In this document: positions 24,759 through 32,648 of the stretch, piece after piece
Layout of the letters: the number at the start of each line of letters is the position of its first letter
Numbering within the stretch: the stretch's first letter is position 1
Virus record (IMG/VR): IMGVR_UViG_3300028635_000359
Location: 1 to 35,857 of that record
Origin: a virus
Taxonomy: Duplodnaviria; Caudoviricetes
Length of the DNA: 35,857 nucleotides
Strand: one strand, 5' to 3'
Notes under the pieces: model-generated
Seen by the model: only the letters and a program-made list of their open reading frames with translations
Told to the model about the DNA's origin: nothing
The model's database searches: none
Translations under genes and position numbers: made by a program

Positions 24759-26600
24759 TCATCGTTTCTTTTGTTCCGTTACCCTTTTCGGTTTGCTAGA
24801 TGCAAAAGGCACAATGATTGCGTTAGGGTTTCGTATTTTAGCGATTATGGTTTGCGCCAGGTTTCTTCCAAGGGCATTAGAAACTACATCCTCACGCTCA
24901 AGCATCTGCTTTTTTGTGGTTATACCAAGGCTTTTTAATACCTGTGCACGCTTTCTGCCTATACCCGGAAGAGAAACTATTTCAAGCATTGTCTCATCAC
25001 ATCCATTTGTTATCATGAGTTGTACATCGTTGAGATAGTTCTTGTTTACGCCAGCTATTGCTAAGGCGGCGATCCATCTTTCAGAATCCATAACAAAAGG
25101 AGGAACAATAACTGTAGCTGTTCCATGCAATGTTTTGCCTTTTAGCCAGGAATATAAGCAAGAAGCTAATACTGTTTGCTGCCCATAGTTCATATCAATA
25201 ACATCATCAAGGTCTTTAGGAACAAAGGAAGGAACAGCAAGTGATGGAATATCAGCAAAGGCTTTTGCTATAAGGAGTGGAGAGTATGGTTGATCAACAA
25301 GACTTCGACGCATATAAAAAAGATCTATAGGATCAACATACATTAAGGCAGCCGCTCGACCAAGATTAGTTGCAAACAGGTTTCCATCAGCTCCCTTTCG
25401 GATAGCATCGTACTGAAGGAGAAAATCTATAGCTTCACTTATGTAAATTTTGTGCTGGCGTCCTCCGAGAGTTTTAGAGATAAAATGCTCAATCTCAGGT
25501 TTCTGCATGGCTTCTCTAGCTATGAAGGAACAAATATGAAAGTAAAGGCGCCCAGGAAGTTGAGAGGTTATAGGAGGCATTTTCTTAATTCCTTCCTTTA
25601 CCCTCTCTGTATCATTTGGCCTAGTTATAATATAAACCCTTCCCACGCTGCTAAGGCCGTATCGACCAGATCTTCCTGCCATCTGCTTAAGGTCATAAAG
25701 TTCAACATCAGCAGGCCCACGATGAGCACCGACTATAAAAGCAATATCAGCAGGCAAGTTTACCCCCCAAGCAAGGGTTGACGTGGCAATGATAGTTGAA
25801 ATTTTCTTTTCTATAAATGCCTTTTCAATGTTGTGCCTTTCCTCTTTAGAAAGCTTAGAATAGTGAAAGGGGATTCCGAGCTGTTTGCTTATCTTATGGC
25901 CTTTATTTATGGTATGTACAAAGATAAGCATTTGTTCATCAGGATGCTGTCGCCGGACTTTCTTTATCAGGTCTATAGCATCAGATTCAAAGTCCCATTC
26001 CTTCTCTCGACCTTCGTGAAAATGATACTCATGTGTTATTGGCTGGTAGTCAGTATCAATAACATGAGTTTTCTTCCCATTCAAACAATGAAGCCACTCT
26101 CCAAGCTCCTCAGCATTGGGAATTGTAGCAGATAAGAAAATGATTCTAGCTTTTGGGTTAAGGAGAGCAAAGCGAGTAAGGCCAACCTCGAAAGCATCTC
26201 CACGACGAGGGGAGTTTAAAAGGTGGCTTTCATCGCAAACAATGGTTCCTACGGACTTAAGCCAATTCTTTGCACCTCGAGATCGTGAATCAAGAGCCTC
26301 AGTTGTCATAAGGATCAAGTCTTCGACTATTGGCGTAGGTTTTGAATCATGATCACTGGTTATGGCTCTGATTTTATAAGGTAAATTTTCCCAAGCTATT
26401 AGCTTTTCGTTTGTAAGAGCCTTAAGAGGCGATAGGTAAATAGCTTTTTGTCCTGCTTCCAGGGAAGAGAAAAGAAATTGCTCCCCCGAGATAGTTTTTC
26501 CTGATGATGTTGGAGCTTTTAGGATCAAGTTACAATCCTCATACATGTATTTTGCAGTTTCTTCCTGCATTGGGTTATACGTTATGCCTTTATGCATCAT
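24759..26600 (-). CDS. Ski2/Hel308-like SF2 DExH helicase with C-terminal HhH
   Basis: APTSSGKT, YLSPLKALTNEK, DESH, LSATIPNAEEL.EWL, ATSTLAWGVNLPA, QMAGRSGRYG, ATNLG and LPGIGRKRA. Confidence 0.9.
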   Translation of the reverse strand: MMHKGITYNPMQEETAKYMYEDCNLILKAPTSSGKTISGEQFLFSSLEAGQKAIYLSPLKALTNEKLIAWENLPYKIRAITSDHDSKPTPIVEDLILMTTEALDSRSRGAKNWLKSVGTIVCDESHLLNSPRRGDAFEVGLTRFALLNPKARIIFLSATIPNAEELGEWLHCLNGKKTHVIDTDYQPITHEYHFHEGREKEWDFESDAIDLIKKVRRQHPDEQMLIFVHTINKGHKISKQLGIPFHYSKLSKEERHNIEKAFIEKKISTIIATSTLAWGVNLPADIAFIVGAHRGPADVELYDLKQMAGRSGRYGLSSVGRVYIITRPNDTERVKEGIKKMPPITSQLPGRLYFHICSFIAREAMQKPEIEHFISKTLGGRQHKIYISEAIDFLLQYDAIRKGADGNLFATNLGRAAALMYVDPIDLFYMRRSLVDQPYSPLLIAKAFADIPSLAVPSFVPKDLDDVIDMNYGQQTVLASCLYSWLKGKTLHGTATVIVPPFVMDSERWIAALAIAGVNKNYLNDVQLMITNGCDETMLEIVSLPGIGRKRAQVLKSLGITTKKQMLEREDVVSNALGRNLAQTIIAKIRNPNAIIVPFASSKPKRVTEQKKR

Positions 26601-26970
26601 CTTCCTCCTTAAGAGCTTCAAGTTTTAGTGTTCCCTGCGCTTCTGCGCTTAAGACATAAACAGGTTTAGCGAAAAGGATCAGAAAAGAGCCATCCGCAAA
26701 AACCTTATTTATGAAAGGCTGTGTGGCGAAAGTATTTATGGAACAAAACTCTCCAAGAATGGCCCTCGTCATGGTTTTTCTGTTGTAAGCAACTACCTTT
26801 GCGACTAAGGAATCTGGTTCTTTCTCTAAAGATCCTGGAAAGCCTTCATTGTAGATGTGAATGATGTCAAAGGATTCTAAGGTGTCAACCATAACATATT
26901 CATCGAGGTAGTTTATAGCATCCTTTTGAGGTTGAGGCATCTCTTCCAAGGTAGGTCTTTCTATTTGCAT
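26590..26970 (-). CDS. Hypothetical protein
   Basis: AAGGAG SD; overlaps its neighbours. Confidence 0.7.
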   Translation of the reverse strand: MQIERPTLEEMPQPQKDAINYLDEYVMVDTLESFDIIHIYNEGFPGSLEKEPDSLVAKVVAYNRKTMTRAILGEFCSINTFATQPFINKVFADGSFLILFAKPVYVLSAEAQGTLKLEALKEEDDA

Positions 26971-27650
26971 TTTGGCTCCTTTCTGTACCATTCCATAAAA
27001 GCTGAGAAATCTACCTTCTTAAAATAGGGGATTTTACTGAGTGGGTTTGTGTTAATAACCTTAATACCTCTTTCAGACAGTTCTTGTGCAGGAACTTTAA
27101 AGCGAAGGGCTTGACGAAAAAGTTTTTCATCCGAAGGAAGATTTTTATGTACATTGTGCCAGTTGTTTTCTCCTTCTAAACTTTTATACATATCAAAACC
27201 AAGAAGAACAATTCGCTTAGCCCCTAGCAGGTAGGCAAGGTTGACTGCCGCAACACCTGTATTACCACCAGCTAGCCATTCATTAGGGTTTAAGGGTGAT
27301 TTTGGAGAGTGCCAACAAAGGCTAAAGCCATCATAGGCAAGACCTTCTACATCAGAATTTTTCCTTATGTAAATAAGAGAAGGATCTGTCATACAGGCTT
27401 GTTTAGACATACAAAACTTCATGCCTTTAAAAATCTTTAATGGCTTTCTATTTACTTCCTCTTTCCAGAAATCAAGATCTCCCATGAGACATACTTGTAC
27501 CCAATCACCTAGGATGAAAGCTCTGTTAGTTCCAATGACCTTTTCCCCTTTTAACGGGGAATAGTCAAAGTTTTTAAGACTAGAACCTCCTCCAATGATG
27601 AAAACTGTCTCACCTTTCCATAAAGGAATGACTAGCTGGCGGTTTAACAT
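26961..27650 (-). CDS. DUF115/Maf (MptE-like, sialyltransferase-type fold) putative glycosyltransferase
   Basis: FIIGGGSSL, IGTN, GNTG.AAVNLAYLLGAKRIVLLGFDM and VINTNP.S motifs. Confidence 0.75.
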   Translation of the reverse strand: MLNRQLVIPLWKGETVFIIGGGSSLKNFDYSPLKGEKVIGTNRAFILGDWVQVCLMGDLDFWKEEVNRKPLKIFKGMKFCMSKQACMTDPSLIYIRKNSDVEGLAYDGFSLCWHSPKSPLNPNEWLAGGNTGVAAVNLAYLLGAKRIVLLGFDMYKSLEGENNWHNVHKNLPSDEKLFRQALRFKVPAQELSERGIKVINTNPLSKIPYFKKVDFSAFMEWYRKEPKCK

Positions 27651-27884
27651 TTAGGCTCCCGGTGCGGTTCGTCGCTTATAAAGGCTTAACGAAAGCCCAT
27701 TGCTGGAATCATAATAGCGAAGAACAGCATCTATGCTGGAAATGCAACCTTTAAGGATTTTTCGCTCCTCGACAGTAAGAGAAGGCTTTTCCATAGTCTT
27801 CATTACCTCATCTTTAACCTTTGCGAGCTTGTTTTTAACTGCCGACCTTTCCTTTTCCCATTTTTGCTCTACTGTTAAAGCCAT
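27651..27884 (-). CDS. Hypothetical helical protein
   Basis: 77 aa with AAGGAG SD. Confidence 0.7.
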   Translation of the reverse strand: MALTVEQKWEKERSAVKNKLAKVKDEVMKTMEKPSLTVEERKILKGCISSIDAVLRYYDSSNGLSLSLYKRRTAPGA

Positions 27885-27896
27885 AAAAGACTCCTT

Positions 27897-28382
27897 TCAA
27901 GGATTTTGTGCTGTAAGCCAGCAAATTTCGGTTTGCAAATAATTAATGTTTTGAGAGTTTCGCCTTAAATCCCATTTTGCCTTCTTCCATTTGTTAGAAA
28001 GTTGGTAATACCTTAAACCAAGGCACTCACTAGCTTTCACAAGGGAGAAATCACAATCAAGCATAACAGTAACAATTCTCTTTTGCTCCTCGTCACTGAA
28101 TGGAATTGAGACAATGACCTCATCAGGAGATGTTACATGAAACTCCTCCTGGAAATCATACTCCACAACACCCTTTCTTCTTGTTTGCTTTCGCAAAAGA
28201 TCCTTAAGTCTGTTAAACATCAGCTTTCTAACATAAAAGTACATGCTAGGATCATAAGTTTCAACATGTCTCCACGCATGGATAACGCACTCTTGAACCT
28301 TATCTTCAAAGTCCATTCCCTCAAGATAAAAGCGCCCAGCTATGCTCTTAGCGATACCATAGAAGATTTCAACTTGTTCCAT
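27897..28382 (-). CDS. Sigma-70 family (ECF/SigH-like) RNA polymerase sigma factor
   Basis: Region 2 IA.RF...GMDFED.VQE..I.AW.....YD and N.LKDLLRK; region 4-like HTH S..KASECLGL. Confidence 0.8.
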   Translation of the reverse strand: MEQVEIFYGIAKSIAGRFYLEGMDFEDKVQECVIHAWRHVETYDPSMYFYVRKLMFNRLKDLLRKQTRRKGVVEYDFQEEFHVTSPDEVIVSIPFSDEEQKRIVTVMLDCDFSLVKASECLGLRYYQLSNKWKKAKWDLRRNSQNINYLQTEICWLTAQNP

Positions 28383-28383
28383 A

Positions 28384-29187
28384 TCATCTGCCTGCCATCC
28401 AAGACCAATCTTTTTCTTCTATTCTAGCCATAAGCTTAATGATTCCATCATCAAACTCATCATCGACTTTGCGCTTGTAAGCACCCCAGACATCTGCGAC
28501 AGACTGAGAAATTATGGACTTCTTAAGGTTGAAATCAGTGATTCCATACTGATTGCATATGGCGTTCACCATGTTTTCAAGCTGTTTTAGCAAGTCTCCA
28601 CGATGCCTGCGAATATCTATCGAAAGATAGAAAGGATCTTCAAGGAAGGATTTGTTGTCAAGCTTCTTTGCTACACTCTCGACAAGGGAAGGTGAGGAAA
28701 GACCGAACTCAACATAGGCGAAGGCAATTGAGCAAAGATAAGACATGAAGTTAAATGACGCTGCAAATTCCCCTTCTTTGCTGTCAGGTACATTTTCTGC
28801 GTAATGTTTATAGACATTATAGGTCTTGAGTGCCTGATCCTTGATATTATCACTCTTTTCTATATTGTAAATGAGAGGAAGGAATTTGAACTTTGAAGGC
28901 AAGACGATACATGGAAGGTCAAAATCACTTAAATCCTTCCTATGCTTTTTGCATGTTTCTATACGATGTTGACCATCAATTACCTCATAATAATCATCGA
29001 CAGCGACAACCAAAAGAGGTACAAGGAAACCATTAAAAATACTTCCTAAAAGCTTGTTCACAAGCCCAGATGAAAGCTCTCTCTGAAACTCTCCCACCTT
29101 TAGTTTGCTTACTGGAATCAACTGAAACTGAAGTTCCAAACCCTGCATCGGCTCTGTAAACGTAAAACCAGTACACTTTTTTCCCAT
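28384..29187 (-). CDS. ParB/Srx-fold protein (DGQHR motif)
   Basis: FQRELS, FLVPLLVV, YEVIDGQHR and N.EK..N motifs. Confidence 0.8.
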   Translation of the reverse strand: MGKKCTGFTFTEPMQGLELQFQLIPVSKLKVGEFQRELSSGLVNKLLGSIFNGFLVPLLVVAVDDYYEVIDGQHRIETCKKHRKDLSDFDLPCIVLPSKFKFLPLIYNIEKSDNIKDQALKTYNVYKHYAENVPDSKEGEFAASFNFMSYLCSIAFAYVEFGLSSPSLVESVAKKLDNKSFLEDPFYLSIDIRRHRGDLLKQLENMVNAICNQYGITDFNLKKSIISQSVADVWGAYKRKVDDEFDDGIIKLMARIEEKDWSWMAGR

Positions 29188-29216
29188 CTTGGACTCCTCC
29201 TATAGTTTTTAGCGGC

Positions 29217-29453
29217 TTATAGCCGTGAAGCTAAAATCTTTTCTTTGATTCTTTCTTCGGGTATAACCATTAAAATCAGTTGAGATAGCAAAGCACGCAA
29301 GATGTAGTAATTAGTAAATCCACATTCAGATACATATTGACGTTCTATATTTATGTTCTGATCTTTAACGCTATAAATATAAGAAACAGTCAATGGCTTT
29401 ACTATTCCATCAATGGATATTGTGGTTTTATAATCGAAAATTAAACGTTCCAT
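29217..29453 (-). CDS. Hypothetical protein
   Basis: 78 aa; tiles the operon. Confidence 0.55.
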   Translation of the reverse strand: MERLIFDYKTTISIDGIVKPLTVSYIYSVKDQNINIERQYVSECGFTNYYILRALLSQLILMVIPEERIKEKILASRL

Positions 29454-29737
29454 CGTAAGTTTGACAACCTCAAGTCATCTTTATCTTTGTTTTCAAACCA
29501 TGTACGATTCGGTGTCTGGCCAGTGAAGGATTCTATCATTAAAATATGAACCATTTTTGCCCTATTGTCAATTGACACTTGACGGAATCCCCTATTGATT
29601 CGATAAGGTTTTAAAAACGTTTTCCTTTTCATTGAATACACCCGACCGAAGGAAGATACAAGATAATTCTTCGAGTTGTGGGCATAAACAAATTGTTCCT
29701 CAGGACATATTTTTTTAATGTTTTTTGGCAAGTTCAT
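29441..29737 (-). CDS. NUMOD4-HNH homing-endonuclease-like protein with degenerate active site
   Basis: NYLVSSFGRVYS, LKP, VH.L..E.F and NLRW are present, but the H..G.K.NN motif is replaced by FENKDKDDL. Confidence 0.72.
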   Translation of the reverse strand: MNLPKNIKKICPEEQFVYAHNSKNYLVSSFGRVYSMKRKTFLKPYRINRGFRQVSIDNRAKMVHILMIESFTGQTPNRTWFENKDKDDLRLSNLRWNV

Positions 29738-29785
29738 AGTATCTCCCAGTAATACACTATCGTTAATGAGTCTTTAACCATGTTC

Positions 29786-30016
29786 TTAGTCTTCGACAGC
29801 AACAGTAAGATTCATCTTTGCTCCTTTCATTTCCCCATCAAGAAAAGTTATATCGAAGAAAACTACAGTCTCTCCCCCTATCCCTCCACGACTGTAAATT
29901 GTAGGCTCACCTATAAAAACATGAGCCAACGTACTCTCCAGATTTCCTATGTTTTCCCGTAAAAGCTTAAAATCCTCAAAACTTTCAGTGTGTTCATCAA
30001 TTGGATTTTTACTCAT
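29786..30016 (-). CDS. Hypothetical protein
   Basis: AAGGAGG SD. Confidence 0.7.
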   Translation of the reverse strand: MSKNPIDEHTESFEDFKLLRENIGNLESTLAHVFIGEPTIYSRGGIGGETVVFFDITFLDGEMKGAKMNLTVAVED

Positions 30017-30032
30017 CTGCAACCTCCTTTCT

Positions 30033-30374
30033 TTATTTTACCTCAAAAATATGCCATGAAACATTTCCCTTGCGGAAAGAACCAACATAGGCCATTCCGA
30101 CACCTACCATCTTCATCTCGAAAACTTTATTAGGGCGCACTATAATAAACCTACGGATGCCAATTTCATCAACATCACTAGTACGCACTAAAGCGGAAAT
30201 AATGAGCTCATCATTCTCAAAGATAACGCTAAAAACCTGAGCACGAATAGGCATATCGACAATGTAAGACCTCTGAGGATCATGCTCATTAGTAAATTTA
30301 CGCTTATACTCCCTGATTATGAAACTATTGCTCTCAATACTCTGCCTCGCTTTCCTCTGTTCCCTGATTCCCAT
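30033..30374 (-). CDS. Conserved-type phage hypothetical protein
   Basis: MP..AQV.SV...ALV...RRF...YVGSF...WHIFE pattern, recalled from small phage proteins. Confidence 0.7.
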   Translation of the reverse strand: MGIREQRKARQSIESNSFIIREYKRKFTNEHDPQRSYIVDMPIRAQVFSVIFENDELIISALVRTSDVDEIGIRRFIIVRPNKVFEMKMVGVGMAYVGSFRKGNVSWHIFEVK

Positions 30375-30639
30375 AGCTTTCCTCCATGAACTTAGTTGCT
30401 TTAGGTTTTATAAACTCGTAACAGAAGGCAATAGCACCTTCCGCCTCAGCCATTCTCGAAATCTTATACTTCCACTCACCCTTTAAAAGCTTGTAGACCA
30501 CAACAATAGGTTTTGAAGGAGAGGAATTAGTCATGAAGATAACGATGAATGTTTCAGGATCAACTGGAAGCTCAAAGATGATCCTTCCCTCTTCTATGCT
30601 TCTTCGTATGAGTCGGAGTTTACCAACATCCCTTGCCAC
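30334..30639 (-). CDS. Hypothetical protein
   Basis: GGAGG SD before a GTG start. Confidence 0.65.
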   Translation of the reverse strand: MARDVGKLRLIRRSIEEGRIIFELPVDPETFIVIFMTNSSPSKPIVVVYKLLKGEWKYKISRMAEAEGAIAFCYEFIKPKATKFMEESYGNQGTEESEAEY

Positions 30640-30640
30640 T

Positions 30641-30985
30641 TTATGCCTCCAATACCTCAAGTGTGGTGCTATACGTTTCTTCCATGAAAGTCATAAGGCG
30701 CCTGAAGGTTATAACGGTTGAGCGATCAGCAAAAATTGAAACAGACGGTTCATTTACACCATGACAAAAGAATACAGATGCATAGTTTTCACCCAACCAT
30801 CGTTTCTGTTTTTCAGTCTCATTATATATTGTAATGCTTATGTGTCTTAATCCAGGCTGTCCCTCAGGATAGGTTAAAGTTCTAGGCTGAAGATGCATCC
30901 TTGTAAAGTTTCGTAAGCTTGGATTCTCAACATATTCATCACGAAAGTGTACTACCATCTTTTTGACTGGTATTGGCGTTTTCAC
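30641..30985 (-). CDS. Hypothetical protein
   Basis: 114 aa with GGAG SD. Confidence 0.65.
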   Translation of the reverse strand: MKTPIPVKKMVVHFRDEYVENPSLRNFTRMHLQPRTLTYPEGQPGLRHISITIYNETEKQKRWLGENYASVFFCHGVNEPSVSIFADRSTVITFRRLMTFMEETYSTTLEVLEA

Positions 30986-31241
30986 TTTCTCCCTCCTTTC
31001 TTTCCAGCTTAGAGTTAAAAATTCCTTTTGCCTTTTCTGGCTCTATTACTTTAGCCAAATACTCTGTCTGCTCATGCCAACACTGAAGAATGGCCTTTGT
31101 ACAAACCAGCATTTTCTCTGCAAGTTCTCGTTCTTTTTTGGATAAGCTTTCAGCCTGAGAAAACTTTATTAATGCTTGCTCATAGCGTGTAAACTGTTGT
31201 CTATGTCTGTTACGCTGATAACGTAGTTCTTTTGCTGTCAT
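30939..31241 (-). CDS. Hypothetical helical protein (possible paralog of 27651..27884)
   Basis: Shares the SL...ER......AIL pattern. Confidence 0.65.
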   Translation of the reverse strand: MTAKELRYQRNRHRQQFTRYEQALIKFSQAESLSKKERELAEKMLVCTKAILQCWHEQTEYLAKVIEPEKAKGIFNSKLERKEGESENANTSQKDGSTLS

Positions 31242-31437
31242 TTTTTCTCTTTTCCTCCTTTACTTCGTAACTGCCCCCATGAAGAAAGTAGTTCTTTATT
31301 CTGTATTTACTGTAACCTAGCTTTTCCTCCAAGACCTTCCAAAAGAGCAAAAGGGCTTGGTCTTTTGAGAACGCATAGCGATAGATAGTATGAGTTTCTC
31401 CATACCAGCAAAAGCGCCCTCGAAAAAGTTTCTTCAT
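31210..31437 (-). CDS. Hypothetical protein
   Basis: ATGA-coupled to the upstream gene. Confidence 0.65.
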   Translation of the reverse strand: MKKLFRGRFCWYGETHTIYRYAFSKDQALLLFWKVLEEKLGYSKYRIKNYFLHGGSYEVKEEKRKNDSKRTTLSA

Positions 31438-31865
31438 TGAATAGTTTCTACAGGTGGTACGAAAGAAGATAGGATTTTATTCATGAAGTCTCCCTTCGTT
31501 TTAGTTATTTCAATATCATTCCAATGCATAGCAATTGCTTGTGCATAAAAACTATACCCATTAGGAAATTCACAAGCTGCAACTAAGGCATCTTTTAATA
31601 GCATGTTATTGCTAGAAGCAAATGGTTCACAAGTTGTGAGTAACATAATTGCTACTGCTAAATGAACCACGAACCTCTTTTGGTTTTCAACGTCTTCAAA
31701 ACCTATTATGCCATCATTTAACTCTTTCCAAGTAGACATGACAAAAAGGCTATATTCACACAGAGAAACAAACTCAGGAAAGTCACTTGTTTCCTTAAGC
31801 TCGTTAAAAGCCAGCATCCATGCATCATACCATTCCTGTTTGAACGCAACCGTTTTAAGTTTCAT
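31434..31865 (-). CDS. Hypothetical protein
   Basis: 143 aa with AGGAG SD. Confidence 0.72.
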   Translation of the reverse strand: MKLKTVAFKQEWYDAWMLAFNELKETSDFPEFVSLCEYSLFVMSTWKELNDGIIGFEDVENQKRFVVHLAVAIMLLTTCEPFASSNNMLLKDALVAACEFPNGYSFYAQAIAMHWNDIEITKTKGDFMNKILSSFVPPVETIQ

Positions 31866-31873
31866 TTTCTTCT

Positions 31874-31895
31874 CCTAGATAGTTGTTATTTACAA
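31874..31895 (-). promoter_or_regulatory. Conserved 22-bp motif, copy 3 (TTGTAAATAACAACTATCTAGG), overlapping an SD
   Basis: Matches the copies at 13913 and 20392; fills most of this intergenic gap. Confidence 0.65.
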
Positions 31896-32273
31896 TTATC
31901 TCTTCTTGCCCTCTTTAGCAAACTCATTTTTTTCCTCTATAACAACATTAAGTTTCTCCTCCAACCACCTTGCAACGACCCTACGATGGCAAAACTCTCC
32001 AGGGTAACACCAACAACAAAGAACAGGCTCAGCCTCGACAAGGGAGCAAAGATCATCATAGACCTTTTTTGGATCAAGATTCTCCAAAACCTCCTTTCTA
32101 TAAGTTTTCTCAAAATATTCTTCACTGACATAACCCCTTTTTATAGAAGTGAGGAGATGCCTCGAGGGAGCAAGTACAGAATACCTCGGGCCAGTGAAGT
32201 CAGGATGTGTTCGGGCCGCAATGGAGATTGCTCCAGGATCATTGCTGCTAAGATCATAGAAACTAGTTTTCAT
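31896..32273 (-). CDS. DUF488-family protein
   Basis: TSFY, ISIA, LAPS..LL, Y..EVL..LD and LCCW..PGEFCHRR.VA.WL. Confidence 0.8.
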   Translation of the reverse strand: MKTSFYDLSSNDPGAISIAARTHPDFTGPRYSVLAPSRHLLTSIKRGYVSEEYFEKTYRKEVLENLDPKKVYDDLCSLVEAEPVLCCWCYPGEFCHRRVVARWLEEKLNVVIEEKNEFAKEGKKR

Positions 32274-32302
32274 CTTTTCTCCTTTCTTTCTTTTTACAAG
32301 GA

Positions 32303-32635
32303 CTAATCTTGTAGCTCGATCTCTATAAACTTTGAGTTTCTATAGCTCCTATACATGGTGAAGCTTCCGTTACGAGCTAGGAAATCTAAAAGCTCTTCAA
32401 TACTGCCTATCTCAATGAACCAGGCAAACTCCTTAAAATCTCTCTTTATATGTCCATTCTCAACTCTATGATTCGTTCCTTTATCATACCATAAGGAAGC
32501 GTTGCCTTCGTAAAAAGGGATTTTTTCAGGAGCATCAACAATCCTCTCATCAATAAATACAAACTCCTTTTTGTAAGCACCCTCTACAGGTCTTTCCTCT
32601 ATAGACCCCTCTACCCTTCCTAATAAAAATTCCAT
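32303..32635 (-). CDS. Hypothetical protein
   Basis: 110 aa with GGAG SD. Confidence 0.75.
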   Translation of the reverse strand: MEFLLGRVEGSIEERPVEGAYKKEFVFIDERIVDAPEKIPFYEGNASLWYDKGTNHRVENGHIKRDFKEFAWFIEIGSIEELLDFLARNGSFTMYRSYRNSKFIEIELQD

Positions 32636-32648
32636 CTTTTCTCCTCCC

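Noticed and set aside
29734-29781. 15-aa micro-ORF MVKDSLTIVYYWEIL overlapping the NUMOD4 start
   Set aside because: It has no convincing SD and could arise by chance.
4000-32400. Frequent AAGCTT sites (about 30 seen by eye) as a methyltransferase target signature
   Set aside because: Plausibly explained by AAG-CTT and xAA-GCT codon pairs; it needs a codon-aware Markov test before any claim.
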